Counted from the stretch's first letter, positions 23,671 through 36,230 are shown. The stretch: 64,000 nucleotides of DNA from Oikopleura dioica (GCA_907165135.1 OU015569.1:1488001-1552000), one strand, 5' to 3'. Notes: generated by a model not told the origin, from the sequence alone. Program-made: numbers and translations.

Positions 23671-26600
23671 ATGGTGATTCGAAATCGGAATCCGCACCGT
23701 AATCGCCCGACACGACCTGTTATGGCGCGGAACGGGCGCAACTACCAAAACGGCAACACAAGCTCAACTAGGATCGGATTCAGAAACAAACGATCAAACC
23801 TTTATTAATGCCTCTTTCTTCGACAATTTCTGAATCTCCCGTTAGTCATACAACATCTTGGCTTTGGGTTTTCTTTGTCTGGGCGTTTATGTCAGCGCTG
23901 GACATTTTCCTAACCTTCAGGATCGAATACTTCTATCCTGTTTTTCTAGCTATTCAAGAAACTCATTATTTATGGAAAACTTCTACGCTGTCAAGGTAAA
24001 ACAAAATTATCGCATTGCAGGCTATAAATTTGATAATTTCAGTCTTTTCTTCCTCGTCGTCAATATCTCTGCAGATATAACGATATTTTCATTATGGAAA
24101 AGCGACAATTTATTTATTTTTGCAGGATTCCTAGTCTGGCTCAATGTAAGTAGAAAATCCTCTTTGCTGCTTCTTAAGAGATTGTTTAGGTGATCTTTAG
24201 CGGGCTAGAAATTAAATCGCCGACGCTTTACACAGCCTTTGGTAGTATAGTAATCGTTCTGCTCGACTTTGCGCTATATTCGACAAAATCGAATCCAGAA
24301 AACGAAGGATATTATTTCGCCGAGGGGTTAAAACCCGTCGCTGCGCATTGTATTGGCTATCCTCTTGTTTCTATAGGTTTGCTTTTGTCTAGTCTTATCT
24401 CTGATTTATCATCCGGTTAGGTTATTGTATGAAGCGATATATGGCCTATCTTCTAAGGCTAAGAAAGCAGAATGAAGTCGAAGCAAAGAATAAATATTAT
24501 TATAATCTTCTTTATGAAGCATTGCCGCCTTCTGCCGTAAGTTACCGAAATATGGGACACCATTTGATTTGCTTTTCAGTATAATCACTCTTCCGACAAA
24601 GTTTGGGAGAAAGACTTTCTCGAATTGGAGCCCGACCGCGACGATGGCGAAAGTTCAACATCGAGCAAGTCGGAGCGAGACACGAAGCCGGACAAAGACA
24701 GCCCTGGCTGGTCGCAGCGATTAAAAGACATTTTCCAGGACTTGACGTGCTTCTCAAACTCCAGTCGATCTCATTTACTAACGGTTAGAGCAGAGAAAAC
24801 ATTTTCCAAGGTGGATTAATCGATGCTTTCAGGTAAAGGAGCCCGGGCGAAGTCAGTCAAACAGCGGCAAAAACTCTAGCGGAGGCTCGAATCTGCGCGC
24901 GTATCGTCTCTACCGATGGCTGGAATCAATCGCGTGCTGGTTACGTGAGTGTTTCGCCAGTTCCGGTGTGAACGCGTCGAGCTCTGCCAGCAACAATGCT
25001 CCTTCTGTACATAATTCGGCCGATAATTCGAGCAGTGCTGCGAATAGCCCTAGCGCGGCTGCAGGCCCTAGCTCCTCGTCGTCAAGCTCGAGCCACGTGA
25101 CGAGCAATTCGGGAAGCGGGAAAAGTCCATCAAGTTCAAGCAACAACTCTCACAACTCGGGACGGCGGAATACAGCGTCGAACAGGGCAGCGAAGGGGGA
25201 GCACGCGAATTCGAAAGCGAGCCACCACTCGAGCCAGTCCCAGTCAGCAAGCAACTCCGGCGTAGAGAAAAGTCTACCTAAAAATTCAGCCTCAGATAAC
25301 TGCCAAAAAAGTGAAAATACAAACAACTCTAAACATAATAACCACACCAAGAAGAATCACCATGAAACCGGCGAAAACGGCGATGGCCAGTATTCGCGCC
25401 ACACGCCAACTAAAAAGGAAAAGAACAACCTAAAGAATCAGAGTAACGGCGAGCACTTGTACACGCAAATACAGAAACAGGATTCTATCAAAAACGACGA
25501 TTCGCAAAGCAACCAAAACAGGTAAATTTCTCCAATTGAAATCAACAACGACAATTTCTCTCATTTTCGGCAAATCTCTTTTTACACATTTTTTCATTAT
25601 GAATCCTTTCTCGATTATGTAACTGAGGACTTCAAATTTTCAGAAAAATATTGATTCTTTTTGTTTTGATATCACCACCAATTTTCGGACAGAGTTAATA
25701 AACACGCATTGCAATTATACGAAATGGTCATTTTTGGCAAGGCGAATGTGCGATGTAATGTGCAACGTAAGGGAAACTGTTTTTGGGGAAGGCGTGTTGA
25801 TCATCCGATCAGTCAGTTTTCTTCGTAGATGTCTGAATTGAAATACAAAAGCGAGCGATCCCCGTGCTCTGAGGGCTCAAATCCTCTCCCCGACGCCGCG
25901 TTGTTTGCGAGTTGGAATATTTTTCTAGAGCATCATTTTTCGCGACTTGTTTGTGAGTTCTCTCAGTCAGATAAAAATAGCTGAAATCGCACGCACGAAT
26001 ACGATTTTTACGAAACAATGCCAAACAAGAAAAAGAACTCGACCAAGAAAGCTGTTCCCAACAAGGGTTCTAGCAACAAGTTATTTATGCCCAAGACCTT
26101 GCCAAAATGCCCATTTCCCAAGGTTGAGCCGCCCAAAACTGAGGCTAAAATTGAAGAGCCTTCCGCGTAAGTACAGCCAGAATTCTGTTTTTACGGGAAA
26201 ATGTCGTTCACTATTATGAAATCAAGGAAGAGTTCGGTTACTTTTACTAACATGTAATTTTAGTCGAGGTGACTCTGATGCTGCCCAAGCCGAGTTGGGT
26301 CGAATCAAGCGCGAGAACGAAAAACTCAAGAAAAACGAGATCCAGCTAAAAGGCAAGATCGACGACTTGACGCAGCACGAAGAGTTCACGAAAAACAATT
26401 CGAGGACGTCAAGAAGCGAGACGAGAGCCTTCGCAATCAGCTCAAGGTTGAGCGAGAGCGAACTGGTGACCTCCGATCGCAATTGAAGGAGAAGAACGAG
26501 GAAACCCGCCTTCTCCAGAGCTCCTTGAATGACCGTGAATCCGAGAACGAGCGCCTCCGACATCAACTCAAGAAAAGCGAAATGGATCGTGAAATGCTGA

Positions 26601-27212
26601 TTCAGGTGAGTCAAAATATATATAAACAAATATTGTTCTAGAAACTAATCTTTAAAAATATTTAGCAATTCCAATTTTATTAGTTTCCACTATCTTTAAC
26701 CTTATTTTCATGGAGAATTAATTGCTTCTTTAGGATGCTAAAAATCGAGAACAAGAACTGCAACATTTGCGATCCAAGCTTGCAGAAGGCGACCTCAAGA
26801 TCAACCAGCTCCACCGAATGGTCGAGGAACGGCAACAGAGTGTCCGAAACAACCAGGAAAAGCTCCAGGCCGAGAGCCGGCTCAAGCTTGTAAGTACTCA
26901 AATTATCGATCCCGAGCTTAATGAATCTCTAGCAACTGTTGGAACGATTGAACACCCAGCAGCAAGAAATAGAAGATCTCCGTCACCGCTCTACTCTTTA
27001 CCAGCGTCCAGTTATTCACGACTTTCAGTAAACTCGCGAATAATATTGATAATACTCACATTTCCTGTATCACACCCCCTGTAGAGGCTGCACCCATAAA
27101 TACACCAACATTTGCAAACACCAACACATGCTCGTGGGCTTGGCCTCAAACTACTGACGCTCCATGCGATAACAACTCTTTTCATCCTTGGACGGAAAAG
27201 TCGTTATCTTGA
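23671..27212 (+). CDS. MACO1: Macoilin (TMEM57)
   Basis: FFVWAFMSALDIFLTFRIEYFYP, KPVAAHCIGYPLVSIG and LRLRKQNEVEAKNKYYYNLLYEALP match the macoilin N-terminus. Ser/Asn-rich linker and C-terminal coiled coil follow. Confidence 0.92.
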
Positions 27213-27580
27213 AAAGCCTGTGTAGTTCCCGTTTATTTTCTTTGGGAGCTTATTTTGATCCAAGTTCACGCGCAACGCCCTTTTCGAGAATTCTTCAATA
27301 CCTTTTTCGATTTCACTTAAAGAACCCTTTCTAGCACGAGTAAAAATGAAACATGAAATTTCCGAACACCTTGAGAGATTTAACCATCTCTCGCTCAGTG
27401 CGTCTAACAACAAAATTAGCAACGCCCCCACCATTCTTCCTTTTTGAAAAGCGTTATTCAAAGTGAAATAGAATATATGTTCATGTTCAAAATGCTGTCT
27501 GTTGGTTGTCGTTTTATAAAGCGAGCAAGGATGAGCTTTGCTTGAAAAACTTCTTGGGTGGAGGTTCGCCATTTTCAATT

Positions 27581-28860
27581 ATGAGATTGTTATGTAACAA
27601 GCATCGTTCTCAGAGATGCATGCGAGCTACTGTTAAGTTTTTTCGCTGAAGTTTTATGTGAGGGAAAAATCAGAGAAGTGATTTCAGATGCGGCTGTCGG
27701 AAGCGAAAAGCGTCATCCAAAAAGTTAAGCCGCATAAAATTGGTATCCGTTTCCCCAAGCGCGCCGCGTGGACACCAACAAGTGAGTCGCACCTAGAAAT
27801 CAAGGAAGAGTAAGGCTAGCCTGATATTCGTAGTTCCCGCCTCTGGTCCAAAGATCCCAGATGAAATTTTGAGACTCGCCATTGTCAAGAGTCCGAGCGC
27901 AAGCAAGGCAGCTCCAGCAAAGACAGCCGCTGCCATTCCAGAGGGAGTTCCACGCATGCGCGATGGTCGACCAAAGTACGAAGGTACACTAAGAATAGGC
28001 TTATCAGTTAAAAAAAACGACGAATACTGTTGTTTTCTAAAGCGTAAATATTGACAACTATTCTTGCTTCTTTATTATCTTTAAATTAGACATCCCCGTG
28101 ACAAACATTCGAAACGTTATTGCGAAGCGTTTAACTGAATCGAAACAGACAATTCCACACCAGTATACTTCAATTAAAGTCTCTGTTGACAACGCGATGG
28201 CTCTTCGCGTCGCACTCAAGGTACCAATTCGTCTTTTTTCGTAATTTTCAATTTCTCTTCTAGGAGTCCGGCGTCAACGTTTCAATGAACGACATTGTAT
28301 TGAAAGCAGTGTCCATTGCGCTGAAGCAAGTGCCGGAGTTGAACGCAGTCTGGTCCGACGGAGACGTCCAGAGACTCGAGGACGTTGACATGTGTATTGC
28401 CGTGGCGACCGATGCCGGCCTCTTCGCTCCCAAATTGTCCAAAGTCGATCAGCTCGGTCTATCTGGAGTCAACGCGCACGTCAAAGATATCGCTGGACGA
28501 GCTAGAGAGGGCAAGCTCACTCCCAGCGAGCTGAGTGGGGGCGGATTCAGCGTTTCTAATTTGGGAATGTTCGGAATCACTGAATTTACCGCCGTCATCA
28601 ATCCTCCTCAGGCTGGAATCCTGGCCGTTGGAGGCATTGAAAAGGAACTCACTCTTGATGGTTTAGTGTAAGTGCATATTGGGTGACTGTGTTTCATCTC
28701 AAGTTGGCTCCATCAAATCCAGCTAATATTTTCGTTTAGTAACACAATGACCCTAACACTCTCTTCCGACGGTCGCTCAGTTGACGTCAACGACGCGTTT
28801 GTATTCTGCGAGAAGCTGAAAGCGATCTTAGAAAATCCCAGAATAATGCTTATGTTATGA
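27581..28860 (+). CDS. Chimeric KGD4/MRPS36-N-motif + PDHX(E3BP)-type core domain protein, no lipoyl domain
   Basis: Canonical GT-AG exons give MRLLCNKHRSQRCMRAT|MRLSEAKSVIQKVKPHKIGIRFPKRAAWTPT|IPASGPKIPDEILRLAIVKSPSASKAAPAKTAAA...KYE|DIPVTNIRNVIAKRLTESKQTIPH...SNLGMFGITEFTAVINPPQAGILAVG...TLSSDGRSVD...LENP. DGR replaces the catalytic DHR. Confidence 0.85.
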
Positions 28861-29108
28861 GCCCCTTTTCACTTCAAGTTCAACTATTTATTCAGTCAAA
28901 AAAATTGATCCTTCCTTCAATATAAAAGCAAAAGTGCAGGCAACTGCGTGAAACTAATAAAAATCAGAGCCTAACCTTGATATAAAACATGGAAGAAAAG
29001 ATACAGTAGTTATGAGCTGAACTGTATTTTATTGTTGTCGATTTTTTTCATTTGCAGGAGCGTTGAACTTGGGAATGGTTTAGCAAGTGAATGTACAGAA
29101 ATATGCAG

Positions 29109-30645
29109 TTAGCGGCGATTTTCGCGCAGTGGGAGTCTTTCCTCCTTTCCTCGCCGAAGTTCTTTTCGCTTTCTTTTCTTTTTCTTGAGAGTTAATGTCG
29201 CTTCTTGGCCGAAAGCGATGATAAGAGCGGCGAAGAGCACTGAGAAGGCGATCGTCAGCGCGTAAATGTACGGGTAGAATTTGTCGTCCAGGATTCCCTA
29301 AGTTACAGTTAAGACGAAGACTGTATTTGAAGATAGTAAAACACTGGGTCTACTAGTAGATTTTAATTAAACCTGATAGATGCTTGTCGTAAAGAACTTC
29401 TTGCATCCGTCCAGAGCACAATTTTTCATGGGTGGATCATTCGGGCAGACATCCATTACGTTTACGATATTTCCCTCGTCGTCATCATAACAAGGCGAGT
29501 AAAATATCTCTGGTTCGTTGGCGCTGTGAAAAATACTGCACGTCGAGTCGGGTTTGTAAGGAGACGTGAATGTCGATTCAAACGAGTTGTATGACCTGTC
29601 GTCGTCGTAATAGCTAGATGTATCATTTGAGTAGTCGTAGTAGTTGCTTGAAACGTCTGTTGAATCTCCATCGTCGGGAAAGTTGTGAATGTTCGCTTTT
29701 ATATAGTCCTGGTGTTCATCGAGAACCACCCAGCGGTAAATCAACGAAAGCTTGAATTTCACGTTGCAGTGATCAAAGACATTGTCCCAGCCACAGCATA
29801 GATATTCCTTCTCCCAGCTCTATTTTAGGATAGTCATAAAAATGATTTCTTTCTTTTGATTGCTAGCGTTTATTCTCCGCGATGAAAAAGAAAGAATCTG
29901 AATCAAAGTTACTATTCAGTCAATCTATCCGCCTTCCTGTATGTATTCAAGATTGACGATTCTCAACAGTAGCCAAACCTCGTAGATAAATTTCTCCCCA
30001 ATATCGGCGACCACGGCGACTTGATCGGACATCATGCCCTCGCTCATGTATTCTTCGCAGTAGCCTTCGCCGAGATGCCTGATGCAGCTCATGTACTTGA
30101 TCATGTAGATACAGAAGCTTAGACCAAAGAGCAGGATAGCAATGAGAATGCCCGTGGGTGGGATTTACACTTTATGATCATTATTCTTCTAATTAGATTT
30201 TCGCTCGAGTGCACAATTGACACCCGTTTACGAATAATAAAATTATCAAAATCGAAAATAATGATGAAAAAGAAGATTTGAAAATCCCATGTCTTGATAC
30301 GTTCGCCAGGCGATTTTGTTCCCACTGAAGCCTAGGCCATGAAAGGCAGCAAAAGTAGCGCCAAACATGTAGAAAGAATTGATCAGGTTCCGTATTTGCT
30401 CGGCAGTAAGGATCAGTTTCTTGTGTGGAACGTTTTCGACCATACTATTGTATTCAGTGATCCTTGAAAAGGTGAATATTGGCTTGAATATTGACAAAGG
30501 CTTCTTACTTTTCTTGAATTTTTAGACCTTGAGAATTGTGGAAGTGAAGCGTGGCTGTGATGATGACGACACCAAGGAGCATTCCCAAAAACGCGACCAC
30601 TTTGGTCAGCGTTGGCGAGGGCTGTCTCTGGGATTGAAATTGCAT
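29109..30645 (-). CDS. Tetraspanin-like membrane protein with enlarged EC2 loop
   Basis: Hydrophobic segments VVAFLGMLLGVVIIT and FYMFGATFAAFHGLGF; KEYLCCGWDN motif; terminal Cys plus TM YIYALTIAFSVLFAALIIAF; basic tail. Start uncertain. Confidence 0.65.
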
Positions 30646-30959
30646 TTTCAAGATTTTCGTTGGATCAACTCATTTGCTCTCTGTTTATTCAGGGGAGTAT
30701 ATTAAACTACTCTTTCTGATGATTAGACTCAAGGAACTCGTTGCTAGAGTCGTGGGCGCCACACGTCCTCAAGCGCTGAAAAAATGAACAAAGCTTAAAA
30801 AATTCAAACGCTCATTTTCGCTCTTCATTTATTGCTCAGACTTTTTTATTGCGACGTCCTTCAAAATACGCGAATTCCTTTGAAAATCATCGTAAAAGGA
30901 AAAGAAAGAGTACATTGTTCGACAACGAGAAATTACAAATTTGATTAAAAGGGAGATTT

Positions 30960-31979
30960 TTATTCACTGTTATTTACAGTATTATTAAATGTTTGAATAA
31001 TCTCGTCGACTTCTTGAAAAGATTTTTGGCTTTTTCCGACTTGGGCTCTGTACTGGGCTTTTATATTTCCACAAGCTGAATTGTTAAGATTCATTTTTTC
31101 CCTGATGCATTTTACCTTGATATCTTGCAACGACAACAAACTGAAAACGAATTTCTTTTCGCTTGAATCCTTCGTACTCTGCGATAGCGAATCCAACCCG
31201 CGTCGACTTTTTCCAACAAAGCTGGCTGTAATGTCCCCATTCGTGAAATGTGTCCATGTTGGGCTCGGCATCGTCGGAGATTTCATTCAGATAAATGGGC
31301 ATCTCTTCATACCACGACTTGAGTGAGCTTTGTATTAGAAGTGTGTCACGTGCTCGCTTCGAGAGGCCTCTAATCGATTTATAGTGGCTCCGATAAGAGA
31401 GATTTTCTCCAGCTCTTTTTGAGGTTTTTTAAAATAATAAACCATGTTTGGTATTCTTGGAAAAAGGGCTGAATAGTTGTTGAGAGTATAAAAACCTTGA
31501 CCATGTCGCTCAGTCACGTGTCCAGTAAGATTATTCTCAGCCAGCTCATTTGCTGCATTTTGAGCTTCGTCACACAATTTTCTGCATAAAACCAAAGGAC
31601 CTGTATCTTCATGAAAGCTTCGGTAAAAATTATGCCGAAAAAGTCCTTCGATTTGATACGCTCTGAATCCTACAATGATTAACTTTAAACGATGTGATTC
31701 GTAGCGAACTGCACCTTGTTGTTTGTATATTTGTCTTTCGTAAGGGGCCTCTCCAAGACTCAGAAGTGAAAATTTCGAAAGAGAAAGTTCCGAAGCATTG
31801 ACGATACTTTCTGGCTGAGAAACGGCTGGCTCGTTGTCAAGTTGAGAAACAGAGCAATTTTCAAGAAATGTTACTTCTTTCTCTTGCTGTTGGAGAGGTG
31901 GAATCTCTTTCAATTCGTCTGGCTTTTCATCTAGAATCGGGTCTACAACCTCTGTGGCTTTTGAATCAGAACAACCCAT
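30960..31979 (-). CDS. CAP/SCP domain protein, GLIPR2 (GAPR-1)-like, with MGCxxS acylation motif
   Basis: HNFYRSFH...PLVLCRKLCDEAQ; AGENL; SWYEE; GHYSQLCWKKSTRVGFA; FVVVARY...GN, all CAP motifs. No signal peptide. Confidence 0.85.
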
Positions 31980-32375
31980 GTTTCTGAATCTGCGCCACAT
32001 TAATACAAGGGATCTCACCAAGACAACGCGAGGAATAGGAACGATTCCATTAGCAAAATATTTACTTATCTCGATGAGCACCTTATCGGCATCATTTTGA
32101 CAATGCATCGAAAACGGTGGAAGAATATGTTTGACACCAGCCTTGATAAATTATCGCAAGTCCTGTTAGAACGTCTTTGAATTGCAAAAAACGGGTTTGC
32201 TTAATTGCTTGGATTAACGAGAATGCAACTGCTTAATTGCTTATTGTGCGACTGCGATCAAGAAAGACTAACACAGATTTTTTTTTGGCTTTTTAGTGTT
32301 TTTATTATACATAGCCGGATGTGAAAGGTAAGATGAAGTGACAGTGAAGTGAAGTGAAGAGAGTCGATCGTGCAG

Positions 32376-34720
32376 TTACGAGAAGAGCTTCTTGTTGTTG
32401 GACTTTCGTCCATCTGGGAAGCCCCTCCCGAGGATCGACTTATTCGTATAAGTCGTCTGAAATTCAAAGTTAGAAATGGGAAGTCGAAAATTGAAAGCTC
32501 ACCTTTATGTCGCCAAATGCGTCGTAGGAGTGGTTGGTGACGCAAGTTGTGGCGATTGAAGAGACCGGACTTGTCACTGTATCATCACCTTTCATGAACT
32601 TTTCGAAGAAAGCACTGCCCAGGTTGAGTAGTGCTTTCAGAAGTCCGTGCTAGAAATAAAAATGAGTAATGAAAAAACAATTTCAGAAGAGAGAATTGTC
32701 CAAAGTAGAGGGCGAAAGACAGTCCTTAAAAATTAATGATGCCCTTTACTAAAGATAATTCTACAAGGAAGTCTTCCTTGATTTCCAAATTGGTTTACCT
32801 GATAGATGGATGCTTCGTGGATTTGATTGGCATCGGGCAGTTCAGTCACGAAGCCGATGAGACTTGGGCCGACGCTTTTTGAAATAGCCTCGATTGTCAT
32901 TCGGTTCTGGTCAGAGCGTTGGGAAACCTATGTTTTTAAGAGATTATTTGAGAAAGACTTGATTTGCTGTTTACCTGAATCAGATGAATGAGCATAAATG
33001 CGAGTGTATCTCGATGGACGTCGGGCAGCTCGGAGAAGAGATCCTTCAGCAGCGTCGCGTTCTCATCCTTGTAGGCTTGGATGAACGACGGCATCTGCGC
33101 CCAGGTCAACAGAGGCTGATCGATCATGTTCCGGAAAAAGTCCTTCAGCGTTGAGCAGATCACGTTTGTGTCCGTGATCGTCTTCAGATGCTGCGTCGTG
33201 ACTCGGCCAGAAATCATTTTCTAAAGAAAAGTTCAGTTTTTTTAAAATTCAAAAGTTCGTACTTTTTTCAGCTCGTTGACTTCTTTCGCCGCTCCGGAGA
33301 TTCTGTAGATGCCTTCCTCGAGGATTCTAGCGTCGACTTCGTGAACTGCTTGGTAGACAAACTGCGGAATCAGCGGGTGTACATTGCGATTCGCGCAGTA
33401 CTAAATAAATGCGTCAATACGTTTGATAGCTGGAGTTGGGACTCACCTCAATCAGCGGACGCTTTGTGGTGATGGCTTCGGACTGGACCAGGCAAGCTTT
33501 GGCAACGTCGAATCTGCACTGACTGTGGACGGCCAAGCGGCAAGTCACGCACTTGAACGCTTCGGACGCGAATTTGATCTTTTTGGAGCAAACTTCGCAT
33601 TCCTTGGTGATGGGATTGTGAATAGACCGCTTCTCAGCAGTGATTCACAAACGAGGGCGATTTTCCCATCTTGGCCGGGCTCGTCAGCGAGGACATCTTG
33701 AGCTTGGCCCGCACTGGGGCCTTCACGTTCCAGAACGAGTCCGTGTCGCCGGTCTGTTCGCTTTCTCGATCGCCGGATCGCCGCCGCAGTGTCTTCGACA
33801 TTTGCCGCTTTCGCGAGTTGATCGAAATGTTCAATCGCGACGAGTTCATCACGTCATCGTCGAGACCGTCCTCCGCCGTCCTGTCGATGACGTCCGAGTT
33901 GTCCAGCAAGTCGTACTGGCTGTCATCCTCGAACGTCTCGTGAATGACTCGGTTTTGCGGGATCGGCCGGCGCTTCATCGACTTCTGTCGGGAGACCGCC
34001 CGGATCAGCCGTTGCTTCTTCTCCGGGCCGATAGCGCTCCCGATTTGTCCTCCTTCATTGTCCAGGATCACTTCTTTGCAGAGCGCGACGACATCTTCCA
34101 ACTCCCCGATTTCGGCTTGGAGAGAGGCGTTCTCTGTCTCCAAGCTCAACACCGTCCTGAAAAAAAAAATCGTTAGAAACAAGTTCAATCGAAAATTTTT
34201 AGGGGAAATGACAACTTTAGCAATCTGTGTTGAAACCTTGTTGTTTTCAAATAGATACTAAATTAGTAAAATAGGAAATTTTGACTGTTCCGAAAAGACT
34301 TACTTGGAGTTGTGATTTAGTTGCGTCGTCACCGTCTGCAACTGTTTCTGCAATTCACGGACTTTTTTCGTGCTCGAAGTCGCGTCCTGGTCGCGCCTTT
34401 GATACTTTTGTTGGAGAGTCATCATCTTCTCCGCCAAAACGAGCATGCAGTCTTCCAGCTCGTTCTTTTCTGTCGTTGTTTGTTTCATCTGATTCATGAT
34501 GTCATCAAACATCGACAGAAGGGAAGAGTTCTGGTTGACCTCCTTAAATTTTTTTATTTTCACATTTCAAATTTTGAAATAAAAAGAAAATAATTCATTG
34601 AAAATTTTTTTATATATCAAAAAAATAAAAACTAACCTGGGCTTCATCGAGATGCCGAATAGTTTCTCTGAACGACTGGAATTTCTTCAATGGTGGTGGT
34701 GGAGCAACCCTCTTTGCCAT
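32376..34720 (-). CDS. RACGAP1: Rac GTPase-activating protein 1 (centralspindlin MgcRacGAP)-like
   Basis: N-terminal coiled coil, C1 domain (FKCVTCRLAVHSQC), RhoGAP domain (EEGIYRISG; CSTLKDFFR; HRDTLAFMLIHL; NRMTIEAISKSVGP). Confidence 0.78.
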
Positions 34721-34988
34721 TTTTGTGCGTTTTAGTGGCAGTCCAGAATCTATATTATTGTTAAATTTTGTAAAAATATCTCTGTCCTACCTGTTTGAAC
34801 GCAGAAATGGGAGTGAAGTCAGATTGAACGTGCGGTGCTCAGAACAACAAGAGCACCATCTGGTTTTGACGTGGCAGAGTCAAATTAGTGCGCGATCAAA
34901 AATATTTTCGTTGCTTTTTTGCGGGAAAAACACGAAAACATTTTAATTTTCTTTATTTGGAAATTTTATTGAAGATAGATCGCATAAT

Positions 34989-35878
34989 TAGGAAACTCGC
35001 TGAAAAATGAGCTCTTTTTGCGCTTACTAAAAGGGAGTATTATACAGTTTTAGAAAGCCCAAGAGCTGGGCTTCATTTTGACTATTGATAGTAGGGTGGT
35101 CAACTCATGCCCTTGGGCGTTTTGAGCCTTCCAAAGTCCCGGGTTTATGAGTAAGCGGTCCATATCAACTTGTAGAGGAGGCTCTGACGGTTCAGAATAT
35201 GTGTAGAAAACCATCGTCACCCCCTATTCTAGAGGCTCTAGAAGGCCCGGAAGTTGAAGAAGTCACCTAAAACTCAGCACTTTTTACGAAAATAGAGTAA
35301 AAGTGCAATATTTTCATCGGAATTTGTTAGAAAAACGTTTTCACTGACTTTATGACACACAAAATTTAGTCTGGGGTCCTTTCGGGTTGAGTTTTTACGA
35401 AATTCTATTTTTCTCACAATATGACCCCACGTGACCTCAAATGACCCCAGAGTAAATTTTGTGTGTCATAAAGTCAGTAAAAACGTCTTTCTACTAAATT
35501 CCGATGAAAATATTGCACTTTTACTCTATTTTCGTAAAAAATGCTGATTTTCAGGTGACTTCTTCAACTTCCGGGCCTTCTAGAGCCTCTAGAATAGGGG
35601 GTGACGATGGTTTTCTACACATATTCTGAACCGTCAGAGTCTCCTCTACAAGTTGATATGGATTGCTTACTCATAAACCCGTGAGAAAAAAAGTTACAAC
35701 CTTTTTTCTGAACTTACCCCATTTTCGGGACTTTGGAAGGCTCAAAACGCCCAAGGGCATGAGTTGACCACCCTACTATCAATAGTCAAAATAAAGCCCA
35801 GCTCTTGGGCTTTCTAAAACTGTATAATACTCCCTTTTAGTAAGCGCAAAAAGAGCTCATTTTTCATCGAGTTTCCTA
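34989..35878. mobile_element. hAT-like foldback/MITE (890 bp), near-complete palindrome
   Basis: 8-bp TSD CGCATAAT at 34981-34988 and 35879-35886; termini TAGGAAAC...GTTTCCTA; arms ~34989-35378 and ~35443-35878; ~45-bp insertion in the right arm; no ORF. Confidence 0.9.
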
Positions 35879-36053
35879 CGCATAATCTATTTAACTATAA
35901 TTTGCAGCGATAATGCATTAAATACAGTAGTAGCACAAGAAATTGTCACTCATTGACTTTGAATGATTGTCAATCAGAGGAGAAATTGGAAAATGATAAA
36001 GAAGTGTTTGATTTTGCTTTATTTAAAAGTTTGAAATTGCTTTTCTTACAATT

Positions 36054-36230
36054 CTATAATTGGGATCTGATGAGGTCGTAGTAAGCGCCTCGTTTGTCCA
36101 GTAGTTCTTGGTGGCGGCCGCTTTCCACGATGACGCCGTTGTCGACGACGGCGATAACGGTGGAAAGTCGTTGCGCGATCAGAATCGCAGTTCGCCCTTG
36201 CCGCGCCTTGTCCAGCGCATCTTGCAAGAT
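36054..36230 (-). pseudogene. Orphan terminal exon of an ABCB (P-glycoprotein-type) transporter
   Basis: After an AG acceptor: [59 protein letters not shown]-loop His is Gln, the usual xNAD residues are missing, and no rest of the gene is nearby. Confidence 0.8.

Noticed and set aside
33634-34261. Long overlapping plus-strand ORFs over RACGAP1, and similar ones over CCDC146 and BRE1
   Set aside because: Antisense shadows of GC-richer coding exons, with no splice structure or homology of their own.
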